Assembly (NCBI GenBank): GCA_002291845.1
Contig: DBAU01000048.1
Location: 1-52,135 of the forward strand
Length of the DNA stretch: 52,135 nucleotides
Direction: 5' to 3'
Source: Alphaproteobacteria bacterium UBA1002
GTDB lineage: Bacteria > Pseudomonadota > Alphaproteobacteria > Rickettsiales > UBA998
Shown: positions 17,704-26,460 of the stretch, in pieces
How positions within the stretch are numbered: position 1 is the first letter of the stretch
Layout of the letters: every line of letters begins with the position of its first letter
The notes under the pieces: generated by a model
The model's database searches: none
What the model was told of the DNA's origin: nothing
The model's input: the letters and a program-made list of their open reading frames with translations, nothing else
Made by a program: the position numbers and the translations under genes

Positions 17704-18828
17704 ATGAGTCGCTGGATATCGTTTGATTCTGATGCAAAGCGTCCGGTCGTACGGCTGGAAGATGCCTGGGTAGGGCCGTCCCTCTCGGCAATCCAGCGCG
17801 CTCTGCAAGACGTGCCCGCCCTACCGTCGAGGGTTGCGCTGGATGCAACGGCGCTTGGACGCCTCGATACAGCCGCTGCCTGGATTCTGGTCCACTGGCT
17901 GCGCCAACGTCAAAACGAGGGGACGCAGTTTGAGATCATCGGTCTGAATGAAGACCACGCCAAAGTGCTGAGCATGATGGAATCGCTGCTATGCCCTGCG
18001 GCGGCGCTTCCTGCTCCTCCACCGGCGGGCTGGTCAGCCCCGTTTATAGCGCTGGGTCGTGAATTTCTGTTCTGGCGAAAGGATATGGTCGACCTGCTGG
18101 CATTTTTTGGTCACCTCGCCATAGTCGGCTGGCGCGTCCTATGCGAGCCCTCGCGTCTGAGGGGGCGAAGCATCGTCTATCATCTGCACCATGTAGGGCT
18201 GAAGGCGATGCCCATTATTGCACTGCTGGCATTTCTTATTTCACTGGTGCTGGGATATCAGGGTGTGGCGCAACTCAGTAAATTTAATGCGCAGGCTTTT
18301 ACCATTGATGCCGTGGCGGTCTCTATTTTGCGTGAGATGGGGGTCCTTCTGACCTCCATCATGGTCGCCGGACGATCCGGTAGCGCCTTTACTGCTCAGA
18401 TTGGGGTGATGAAGCTCAATCAGGAAGTGGACGCCATGCGGACGCTCGGCCTTGATCCCTACGAAGTGCTGGTCCTGCCGCGGGTACTGGCTATTCTCAT
18501 TGCGCTCCCGGTACTAACATTCCTAGCTGATATGGTGGGGTTGTTTGGCGCCATAACGGTCGGGGTTACCATGCTGGATATGAGCCTTACCCAGTGCATT
18601 TACCGGCTGGAAGCCACGATAAAGCTGAATACATTCGTAGTCGGTATGGTAAAAGCCCCTGTTTTTGCCTTACTGATCGGACTGGTGGGCTGTCTGCGCG
18701 GTCTACAGGTTAAAAACGCTGCAGATGAGGTAGGGCGTCAAACCACGCTGGCCGTGGTGCAATCAATCTTTCTTATCATCATGGCCGATGCCATGTTCTC
18801 CATCCTTTTTACGCTTTTGAAGGTCTGA
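17704..18828 (+). CDS. MlaE-family ABC permease with a fused N-terminal STAS (MlaB-like) domain
   Basis: The N-terminal ~95 aa (VALDATALGRLDTAAAWILVHWL..FEIIGLNEDHAKVL) look STAS-like. They are followed by the MlaE/YrbE permease core (REMGVLLTSIMVAGRSGSAFTAQIGVMKLNQEVDAM). Confidence 0.85.
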   Translation: MSRWISFDSDAKRPVVRLEDAWVGPSLSAIQRALQDVPALPSRVALDATALGRLDTAAAWILVHWLRQRQNEGTQFEIIGLNEDHAKVLSMMESLLCPAAALPAPPPAGWSAPFIALGREFLFWRKDMVDLLAFFGHLAIVGWRVLCEPSRLRGRSIVYHLHHVGLKAMPIIALLAFLISLVLGYQGVAQLSKFNAQAFTIDAVAVSILREMGVLLTSIMVAGRSGSAFTAQIGVMKLNQEVDAMRTLGLDPYEVLVLPRVLAILIALPVLTFLADMVGLFGAITVGVTMLDMSLTQCIYRLEATIKLNTFVVGMVKAPVFALLIGLVGCLRGLQVKNAADEVGRQTTLAVVQSIFLIIMADAMFSILFTLLKV

Positions 18829-18831
18829 GGC

Positions 18832-19599
18832 ATGTCGCGTACCCCGGTCATTTCGGTTCGTGGATTGGTGAACCGCTTCGGCACACAGGTGGTCCATGAC
18901 GGCCTTGATTTTGATCTCTACCCGGGAGAAATCATCGGTGTGATCGGTGGTTCCGGTTCCGGAAAGACGGTGCTTCTGCGCTCCATCATCGGGCTGCAAT
19001 GTCCGGCGGCGGGCAAAATTCTTGTCGATGGACGGGATCTGTTGCAGCTTTCTGCGGAGGAAGTGCTCGAGGTGCAGCAGCTATGGGGGGTGATGTTTCA
19101 AGGCGGCGCGTTATTTTCCTCACTTACGGTGCAGGAAAATGTCGAGGTGGCGATGCAGGAATCCAAGCGCCTGCCACTCGATATGATTCCCGAACTGGCG
19201 CGCATGAAAATCGCGATGGCGGGCCTGCCCCCCGAGGCACGTGATAAACTGCCTGCAGAGCTGTCCGGCGGTATGATCAAGCGCGCGGCGCTTGCGCGTG
19301 CCCTGGCACTCGATCCACGCGTGCTGTTTCTCGATGAGCCAACTGCCGGACTCGATCCGGTGCTGGCTGCAGCGTTTGACCAGCTGATCCGCGATCTGGC
19401 ACAAAGTCTCGATATTGCTGTGATGATGATTACACATGACCTTGATAGTTTATTCTCGATCTGTGACCGGGTAGCGGTGTTAGTGGATAAGAAAATCAAG
19501 GTCGATACGATTGAACAGCTGCAACGTGATTCGCATCCGTGGATTCAGTCTTACTTCGGTGGACCGCGCGCGCAGCAAGCTCAAGTGAGGCATAGCTGA
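18832..19599 (+). CDS. MlaF-like ABC transporter ATP-binding protein
   Basis: Intact Walker A GGSGSGKT, signature LSGGMIKR, Walker B LFLDEPTAGLD, H-loop ITHD. Confidence 0.9.
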   Translation: MSRTPVISVRGLVNRFGTQVVHDGLDFDLYPGEIIGVIGGSGSGKTVLLRSIIGLQCPAAGKILVDGRDLLQLSAEEVLEVQQLWGVMFQGGALFSSLTVQENVEVAMQESKRLPLDMIPELARMKIAMAGLPPEARDKLPAELSGGMIKRAALARALALDPRVLFLDEPTAGLDPVLAAAFDQLIRDLAQSLDIAVMMITHDLDSLFSICDRVAVLVDKKIKVDTIEQLQRDSHPWIQSYFGGPRAQQAQVRHS

Positions 19600-20384
19600 T
19601 GGAAACGGAATCACATTATTTCAAAGTCGGGGTGTTTTTGACCCTTGGCATTGTCGGGTTGGTCGCTTTCCTGATGTGGATGGGCGCCACTGGCGATGAC
19701 CGTGACTACAAAACCTATGCCATCTATTTCCTTGGTGATATCAGCGGGCTGAAACCGGGCGCAGCGGTTAAGTTTAAAGGGCTCGATGTGGGGGCTGTAC
19801 AGTCACTGCGTTTTGATGAAGAGGATCCGAATTATATCCGGGTGCTGGTGCAGGTAGATGAAGCCGCACCAATCACCCAGCACACGGTGGCCACAGTCCG
19901 TTTCCAGGATGTGATTGGCACATCGGCCATTGCACTGCAGAATATTGTAGACATGCCGGAGGGCATGGTCGCACGCGAAGATAAAAATTATCCGGTGATT
20001 CCTTCGCGCCCGTCAGATCTGGAAAAGGTGATCGCCAGCCTGCCCGAGGCGATGGAGACGGTACGCAAGCTGGGTGAACAGGGTAGCAAGTTGCTTAGCG
20101 ATGAAAACCTTGCGGCTCTGGCCGGCATTCTAGTGTCGCTCGACGGATCTCTGAAAACCTTTGATACTACTCTGCAATCGGTTGATCGTGCGGCACAGAA
20201 AGGCGAAACCCTGCTGGATGGTCACGTGGCGCATGATCTCCGTGATACCCTGATGGAGGGACGTGCCGCGCTACGTGAAATTCGTCTGCTGGCAAAGTCG
20301 CTGCGTGATGATCCCTCGCAGGTGATTCGTCAGCCCGCCTACAAGGGCTATACCCCGGCGGAAGGAGCAGAGAATGCGCGTTAA
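19599..20384 (+). CDS. MlaD/MCE-domain substrate-binding protein
   Basis: N-terminal TM anchor followed by an MCE-like fold (GLKPGAAVKFKGLDVGAVQSL). The ATG overlaps the mlaF stop (TGATG). Confidence 0.8.
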   Translation: METESHYFKVGVFLTLGIVGLVAFLMWMGATGDDRDYKTYAIYFLGDISGLKPGAAVKFKGLDVGAVQSLRFDEEDPNYIRVLVQVDEAAPITQHTVATVRFQDVIGTSAIALQNIVDMPEGMVAREDKNYPVIPSRPSDLEKVIASLPEAMETVRKLGEQGSKLLSDENLAALAGILVSLDGSLKTFDTTLQSVDRAAQKGETLLDGHVAHDLRDTLMEGRAALREIRLLAKSLRDDPSQVIRQPAYKGYTPAEGAENAR

Positions 20385-20982
20385 TCGTTTCAGCCCCCTT
20401 TTCATAGCGATTCTTATGCTTTGCGGCTGTAACTTTTCGCTGGAGCGAGAGGGTGGTGAGCAATACCTGATGGATGTGCCCTCTGTCACAGCGGCTCCGC
20501 GGGATAAGCCGGCACGAGGGACGCTGACCGTCTACCTCCCCACAGTGAATGCGGCGCTTGATACACGCCGGGTGGCCCTGCAGCGTCCGGATGCGGCGTT
20601 TGACTACTATGCGGATGCGCGCTGGGCTGATTTCCTGCCTTTATTAGTAAGAGATGCCATCACCCAGACCCTGCAGCATCGCCGCCTGACGGAACGGACA
20701 CAGAGTGACGATAATTTAGCCGTCGGACCTTACCGCCTGATGTTAACGGTGGAGCAGTTTCAGGCGGTCTATACTGATTCGGCTGCTCCCCCGGTGGTTT
20801 ATGTGCATTTACAGGCCGACCTTCTGGATAGTCGTCGCCCGCGAAGCCCGCATCATTTTGATATTCAAACGCAAGCGCCGGCAACCCATGATGAACGCCG
20901 CGCCATTCTCGCGGCATTTCATTCCGCCTTCGAAATAGCGCAGCGCGACCTGATGGAACGGCTGAGCCGGGTAATTCAATAA
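20374..20982 (+). CDS. ABC-transport auxiliary lipoprotein (DUF330-like)
   Basis: Lipobox LMLCGC, and the usual position downstream of an MCE gene. It overlaps the previous gene by 11 nt. Confidence 0.65.
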   Translation: MRVNRFSPLFIAILMLCGCNFSLEREGGEQYLMDVPSVTAAPRDKPARGTLTVYLPTVNAALDTRRVALQRPDAAFDYYADARWADFLPLLVRDAITQTLQHRRLTERTQSDDNLAVGPYRLMLTVEQFQAVYTDSAAPPVVYVHLQADLLDSRRPRSPHHFDIQTQAPATHDERRAILAAFHSAFEIAQRDLMERLSRVIQ

Positions 20983-20996
20983 GAAAGATCCAAATG

Positions 20997-22013
20997 TCAG
21001 GCGGCGCTGGCAATGTCTGAAGCGGTGACCCGGTTGCGTCCGTTGCGTTTGGCGGTGAACAATGCTTCATCGGCACGTTTCACTAGCAGGGGAAGGGTAT
21101 CATCCGGCTGGCAGCCAGCGATACCAATGGATACGGTGACCGTACCAAAGCTTGCCCCAGAGGCCTTATGAAGAAGTTCTTTGTTGGCAATGGCGTGGCG
21201 GATGTTCTCTGCGACGACCAATGCGCCAGCAACCGGTGTTTTGGGTAGGATGACGGCAAACTCTTCTCCGCCAAAACGTGCAACAATATCGGTACCTTTG
21301 ACCGTCTCACGCAGAAGGCGGGCGACCATTTTCAGCACCTCGTCTCCGATCAAGTGGCCGTATTCATCATTGAAATGCTTGAAATGATCGACATCAATCA
21401 TCAGCAGGCAGAAGGGGGCCTGTTCTTCCCGGGCGATGATGATAAGCTCATCCATCAAACGATCAAACGCCTTACGATTAAATAGACCGGTAAGAAAGTC
21501 GCGCTGAGCTTCTGCGGTGGCTTCCTGCAGGCTTTTGCGGAGCAAATCGATTTCCAGCCGAGATTCATCCAGCCGCTGATGGAGCTGATCACCACTTTTT
21601 TTGAGGCCCCGCGCACTCTCAATGATGGAGGATACCAGTTGTTTCAGCTCTCCTTGCTGCTGAGACTCCAGCTCTGAGATGTGATCATCAATTTCGCTAT
21701 GATAGGTCCGCGTCTGGTTCGTGGTGTCGGCAATCACTTTCAGGATGTCGGTGAGCAATACTTTGGCGCGCTCCGGTTCCTCCAGGGTTGGTGCGGAGGG
21801 CTCCACATGCTTGCGATACAGGTAGTCACTGGTGGCCGCATCAAGTGATACCGCCTCTTGCACCAGCCGGTCCATCTCTGCCGTAAGGGCCGGGTTCTGC
21901 TCGGCGACATAATGATACCACAGCGCGTAATGGCGTGGCGTCGGTTCGATGCCAGCATCGCGCATGCGCTGTAGCGCTTGCGCGCTGATGTGATGCACAT
22001 CTTTACTGGTCAT
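20997..22013 (-). CDS. diguanylate cyclase (GGDEF) with an N-terminal coiled-coil sensor region
   Basis: DFLTGLFNRKAF, IDVDHFKHFNDEYGHLIGD, ARFGGEEFAV (active GGEEF). There is no RxxD I-site immediately upstream (KGTD). Confidence 0.85.
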   Translation of the reverse strand: MTSKDVHHISAQALQRMRDAGIEPTPRHYALWYHYVAEQNPALTAEMDRLVQEAVSLDAATSDYLYRKHVEPSAPTLEEPERAKVLLTDILKVIADTTNQTRTYHSEIDDHISELESQQQGELKQLVSSIIESARGLKKSGDQLHQRLDESRLEIDLLRKSLQEATAEAQRDFLTGLFNRKAFDRLMDELIIIAREEQAPFCLLMIDVDHFKHFNDEYGHLIGDEVLKMVARLLRETVKGTDIVARFGGEEFAVILPKTPVAGALVVAENIRHAIANKELLHKASGASFGTVTVSIGIAGCQPDDTLPLLVKRADEALFTAKRNGRNRVTASDIASAA

Positions 22014-22242
22014 GGTCTATCTCCTGACGTGCGCGTCGCACGGCCCATTGTTAAAATAGCATTCTTTACGCGGCCAAGACAAGGGGTTGCCTCGCTTGGC
22101 AGAAGGGATACGGTTACTTTATGACGAAATAGTTAAATCAAGCCGTTAAGGTTAACTTTTTGCTTTTCTCGCTCCAGCGGATGCTTTACTAACAGCTTCA
22201 CCCTATCCGTTACATAACAGCAACCCGCGTCGGATTCGCGAC

Positions 22243-22767
22243 ATGACCTTGAGCGCACTTGCTATGCCTGCTTTTGATAACGAAACATCCAAAGCATCTC
22301 ACGTCCCGCTGCCTAAGATCAATGTGCCGCCGCCTCGAGAACAGGAGCGTGTGCTGCAAGACGAGTCTGAAAAGCGCCCAGAGCGCGCGGCAGTGACCGC
22401 GGTATCCACACCGGTACGTGCTGGTTCGTCCACGTCGATTCGCTGGGATGCGCGCTTTGCCGTATCACTGATCGTACTTTTGGTGCTGGTTAATATGAGT
22501 CTAGTGATACTTTTTGCTAAACCAGCCACCCATGAGAAAGGTTTTGTGACCGAGTTAGCCCCATCAGTGGCCAGCAAAGATAATGCGCCCGGGCTGAATC
22601 GTCTGGCCCCGGCAGCTAATGGGCAGAATGCCGTGACAACCGGCCGTCCGACAACGACCTACATCTCGACGACCGAGCGTCGAGCCCTGCTGGAACAGCT
22701 TCGCCGCACACCGCAGCCTGGCGTGGTCAGTGTCCCGCCGATGCGTGCGGTGCCGGCAAACCCGTAA
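22243..22767 (+). CDS. hypothetical single-pass membrane protein (174 aa)
   Basis: One TM segment (FAVSLIVLLVLVNMSLVILF) and a Pro-rich N-terminus. It lies 23 bp upstream of the TAXI gene on the same strand. Confidence 0.45.
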   Translation: MTLSALAMPAFDNETSKASHVPLPKINVPPPREQERVLQDESEKRPERAAVTAVSTPVRAGSSTSIRWDARFAVSLIVLLVLVNMSLVILFAKPATHEKGFVTELAPSVASKDNAPGLNRLAPAANGQNAVTTGRPTTTYISTTERRALLEQLRRTPQPGVVSVPPMRAVPANP

Positions 22768-22790
22768 ATTTTTCTCGTAAGGATTCACTG

Positions 22791-23894
22791 ATGCGCATCT
22801 TCGCCATGCTTCGCTCTTTCTTTCTCGCTGGACTCGCGGGGGGCATTCTGGCCACACCGGCGGGCCTTTACGCAAAGGAAGCGGCCAACCTTGGCATTGT
22901 GACCGGGCCTGAAACCGGAACCTATTTCGCATTTGGACGTGATATTGCTGAAGTGAGCCGCAGCCTGGGTCAGCCGGTGGATGTTCGGGGTACCAGTGGC
23001 TCGATCGAAAACCTCAAGCTGATGACCAAATCAGGTGAGAATGCTGGTCTTGGTATTGTGCAATCGGATGTGCTCGGCTTTCTCAAACGCTCAACCAATC
23101 CGAACTCCCGTCAAATCGCTGAAAAACTACGTCTGGTCTTTCCTTTTTATCAGGAGGAAGTGCATCTGCTCGCCCGTAAAGATGTGAAGGACGTGAAGGA
23201 TTTGAAGGGGAAGCGGATCGTCATTGGAGAGGAGGGAAGCGGCAACTCATTGACCGCAATCAACCTTTTTGCGCTGCTTGGTGTTGAGGCCGGTAAGCTT
23301 ATTCAGCTTCCTCCGGCAGAAGGCGTGCTGGCGGTGCTCGCCGATGAAGCCGATGCTATGGTTTTTGTGGGAGGGAAGCCGGTACCGCTCTTTGATAATC
23401 TGGCGGGCCTGAAGACGGCTAGTGGTGGCAAAAATGCCCAATTGCTAGAGGAAATTCATTTCCTCCCCTTGAATGATGCGCGCTTACAAAAAGACTATGA
23501 AGCGGCCGAGCTAACCCCCAAAGATTACCCGTTTATCACGGCCCCTGTGCCCACCGTAGCGGTCACGGCGGTGTTGGTAGCCTACGACTTTTCTACGGGC
23601 AAAAATGCCTATCACCTGCGCCGCTGCGATGAGTTAGAGAAAGTTGGGCAGGCGATTCGCAAGCATCTGACGTACTTGAAAGATTCTGGACATCCCAAAT
23701 GGTCTCAGGTGGACCCCAACCGCTCGCTTGGCCAATGGAAGCGTGACCTGTGCGCGTGGCGCGATGGAGAATCTGTTGCCACGGCTACGGCACAGGGGCC
23801 GCGTAAGCCCCGTTTCTCCTCCGCGTTGGAGCGTGATCTGCTGGAGGTGATCCGCCATGGTCACCCGGGCGAGGGCGCCCCAGATAAACCTTAA
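22791..23894 (+). CDS. TAXI-family TRAP-type solute-binding protein (no permease partner in the window)
   Basis: Signal peptide MRIFAMLRSFFLAGLAGGILATPAGLYA, then GIVTGPETGTYFAFGRDIAEV and GTSGSIENLKLM..GLGIVQSDV. Confidence 0.72.
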   Translation: MRIFAMLRSFFLAGLAGGILATPAGLYAKEAANLGIVTGPETGTYFAFGRDIAEVSRSLGQPVDVRGTSGSIENLKLMTKSGENAGLGIVQSDVLGFLKRSTNPNSRQIAEKLRLVFPFYQEEVHLLARKDVKDVKDLKGKRIVIGEEGSGNSLTAINLFALLGVEAGKLIQLPPAEGVLAVLADEADAMVFVGGKPVPLFDNLAGLKTASGGKNAQLLEEIHFLPLNDARLQKDYEAAELTPKDYPFITAPVPTVAVTAVLVAYDFSTGKNAYHLRRCDELEKVGQAIRKHLTYLKDSGHPKWSQVDPNRSLGQWKRDLCAWRDGESVATATAQGPRKPRFSSALERDLLEVIRHGHPGEGAPDKP

Positions 23895-23901
23895 TTGCGC
23901 C

Positions 23902-24549
23902 ATGTCTGGCTCGGCAATCCCCGTTGTTTTACATGTGGCGGATGCCGACATTAGCCAGCAGCTCCGTCTTTACCTGCCCGGCTCAGGGTTTGAGGTGGCC
24001 GATGCTGAGCGTATCTGTCATCCCTATATTGCCCTTATCGATACAGATCACCCGCAGGTTCTGACGTACCTTGGAGCGCTGGAGGCCGCCCCGGACTGCT
24101 GCGGTGTTTTACTTTGGGGAACGATATCGGTGCCTTTGGAAAGCCGTTTAATGGTACGGCGACTGCCCCGTCCGATACGCTTAAAAGAGATCGCGATACA
24201 GATCCGCCGGGCGTGGCAATCCTATCATACGCCTTCGAGGTCCGTGGTTTCTGGTGTGCTCTATGATCCCCGTGAACGGGTGTTATTACCCTCCGGTGAA
24301 GGGGAGCGCATGATGTTGACCGCGAAGGAAGCACTGTTACTTGAAGCGCTGCTGGATGCCGGGGAAGACGGGCTGGACCGGGCCGAGCTGTTGCGTCGCG
24401 TCTGGGGCTATGCCGAAGCGCTCGAGACCCATACGCTGGAGACCCACCTCTACCGGCTGCGTCAAAAAATGGAGCGGCTTGGTGCATCCCCGACCGCTTT
24501 GCGGAGTGAACAAGGACGCTTCCGGCTATCGGCTCCTGCGGATGCGTGA
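23902..24549 (+). CDS. OmpR/PhoB-type winged-helix regulator with a short atypical receiver
   Basis: C-terminal LTAKEALLLEALLDAGEDGLDRAELLRRVWGY..THTLETHLYRLRQKM. The N-terminal pseudo-REC has ALIDTD, but the conserved Lys is RPI instead of KPF. The start is ATG 23902. Confidence 0.7.
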   Translation: MSGSAIPVVLHVADADISQQLRLYLPGSGFEVADAERICHPYIALIDTDHPQVLTYLGALEAAPDCCGVLLWGTISVPLESRLMVRRLPRPIRLKEIAIQIRRAWQSYHTPSRSVVSGVLYDPRERVLLPSGEGERMMLTAKEALLLEALLDAGEDGLDRAELLRRVWGYAEALETHTLETHLYRLRQKMERLGASPTALRSEQGRFRLSAPADA

Positions 24550-24607
24550 GGCCTTTTCTTTCGTGCGGTGATTGATTACAGTCCTATCGTTTTTTACGAG
24601 GTGCCCT

Positions 24608-25099
24608 ATGCGTTGCGTCCCCTTGCTCATCGGCTTGCTGTGTCTGCTATCTGCTTTGCCATGCGCGGCACAGGAACTAATGGAAACCAGTGGTGACTGG
24701 CGCATTTTTAAAGCCAGCGTGGAAGGACGTACCCTTTGTTATACAGCCAGTATTCCCACCGGCAAGACTGGGAACTATGCAAAGCGCGGAGAACCATTCC
24801 TGATGGTCACCGGTCGCAGTGCGGGTACCGATGAGGTGAGTGTTGCTGCAGGGTATCCGTTCAAGGAAGGTAGCGAGGTTTCCGTCACGATTGATGGCAA
24901 GCCCTTTGCCCTATTTACGCAGGGCGAGCGAGCCTGGGCCTATGACCGTGCGCAGGATGACCGCATGATCGCTGCGATGATGCGCGGCAGTACGCTTACC
25001 GCGAAGGGGACCTCCCCACGCGGCACCTATTCGTTGGATACCTATTCGCTGAAGGGTTTCACCAAAGCGCACCAGCGTATGAAAGCCCTTTGCCGTTGA
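24608..25099 (+). CDS. invasion-associated locus B (IalB)-family periplasmic protein
   Basis: Signal peptide MRCVPLLIGLLCLLSALPCAAQ. SGDWRIFKASVEGRTLCYTAS and the C-terminal KAL-C pattern resemble IalB-family proteins. Confidence 0.6.
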   Translation: MRCVPLLIGLLCLLSALPCAAQELMETSGDWRIFKASVEGRTLCYTASIPTGKTGNYAKRGEPFLMVTGRSAGTDEVSVAAGYPFKEGSEVSVTIDGKPFALFTQGERAWAYDRAQDDRMIAAMMRGSTLTAKGTSPRGTYSLDTYSLKGFTKAHQRMKALCR

Positions 25100-25127
25100 T
25101 GTGGTGAGGGGCCGTTGCGTCTTTCGT

Positions 25128-25156
25128 TTGACATCGTAGGCGTTCCTGACTAGAAC
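25128..25156 (+). promoter_or_regulatory. putative sigma70-type promoter for tRNA-Ile (TTGACA-N17-TAGAAC)
   Basis: TTGACA at 25128-25133 and TAGAAC at 25151-25156, about 18 nt before the tRNA 5' end. It has the same architecture as the tRNA-Tyr promoter candidate. Confidence 0.35.
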
Positions 25157-25173
25157 GGCACTTCCTTCCGACT

Positions 25174-25250
<77 letters not shown>

Positions 25251-25342
25251 TCTTGCAGGTGTTACCTGCTCTTTCCTGAATGTATCATTGACGGCCGCAG
25301 GTGTGGTACGTCGCAAGCTGGCAGAGGAAGACGCGTCGATGG

Positions 25343-26266
25343 CTAACGCCTCATTTCGCTCCCCGCGACTGGTCTGAGATCGCCGAAGGTGAAGGGGTTC
25401 AGGAAACGTGGCCCTTGATAGGCTCCAATCTCCGTGGGAGTATTACTGAAATTGATGTACACCGTGCCACAGCCGAAGCTACCCCGTGAGTTTGCTATAT
25501 CGACAATCTCAGGGAAGATGCCCGCTGTGTTCGCAAGAATACCTAAGCGATGTTTCCAACGGCATTCTGGAGGCCTCTCCAGCCGGTTACGGGAAAGCTC
25601 TTGATCTGCCAATGACATCTGCGCCCAGCGCCGCGTATGGCTGTGCTCAATGACGTCGCCAAGCTGGTCATGGGGGAGCTCTTTCCAGAGCAGTCCCGCC
25701 TGTTTAGCGCGGTTATCCAGATTGGTATCTTCATGCCCCCAGGCTTTGTATATCTCATCATAGCCACCCAGCTTCATAAAGTTCTCACGGCTCATGGCGA
25801 TGCGTCCTCCCATGCCAAGCATGGGTTTTTTGGTAAAACGATTGTGGAGCATCACCAGATTCCAGCGAGGGCGGACACACAGATTCATATCTTGCTGAAA
25901 CTGCTCATTTAGCCAGCCAGCGAAGCCCTGACCAGTGATGTTATCGGCATCAAGATTGCACAACACATCTCCGGTGGCAGCGCGGTGGGCCATGTTCTTA
26001 GCGTGGGCCATAAGGAAATGCTCCGCCGGCGCATAGCGTACATAACGTAGGCGGCCCTCTGCGATCTCTTTCTGGAAATGCTGGCGAATCCATTCCTGCA
26101 ACCCATCCCGGCTGTCATAATCAAGTACGACGAATTCAACCTGAGGATAGTCGGCATTGCGGCGCAGATTCTCCGGCAGGGTTTGCTCTAAATGGTCGCG
26201 CCGCCCTTTGCATGTGATGCAAAAAGAGATCTTGAGTGGGGAGGTATGCTGCGCGGTGTTTTTCAT
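25343..26266 (-). CDS. glycosyltransferase (GT2-like, galactosyltransferase-type C-terminal region)
   Basis: ISFCITCKGRRDHL, VEFVVLDYDSRDG, CNLDADN (DxD), GGYDEIYKAWGHEDTNL. Confidence 0.7.
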   Translation of the reverse strand: MKNTAQHTSPLKISFCITCKGRRDHLEQTLPENLRRNADYPQVEFVVLDYDSRDGLQEWIRQHFQKEIAEGRLRYVRYAPAEHFLMAHAKNMAHRAATGDVLCNLDADNITGQGFAGWLNEQFQQDMNLCVRPRWNLVMLHNRFTKKPMLGMGGRIAMSRENFMKLGGYDEIYKAWGHEDTNLDNRAKQAGLLWKELPHDQLGDVIEHSHTRRWAQMSLADQELSRNRLERPPECRWKHRLGILANTAGIFPEIVDIANSRGSFGCGTVYINFSNTPTEIGAYQGPRFLNPFTFGDLRPVAGSEMRR

Positions 26267-26460
26267 ATTAATATTTTAACTATCATGGATCCGTGACGTT
26301 TTTATGACGTCTTCGGGCAGGGAGTGCGCTGTGCTATCAATGTAAAAATATTTTTTATCTATCATGATGATGATGGCTTTGTTGCTGCGCGGTCGCATCG
26401 TCGTTTTGGTGCAACAAAATTAAATTGCAACTTTAACGATACTCATTAGAATGCGCGCAT

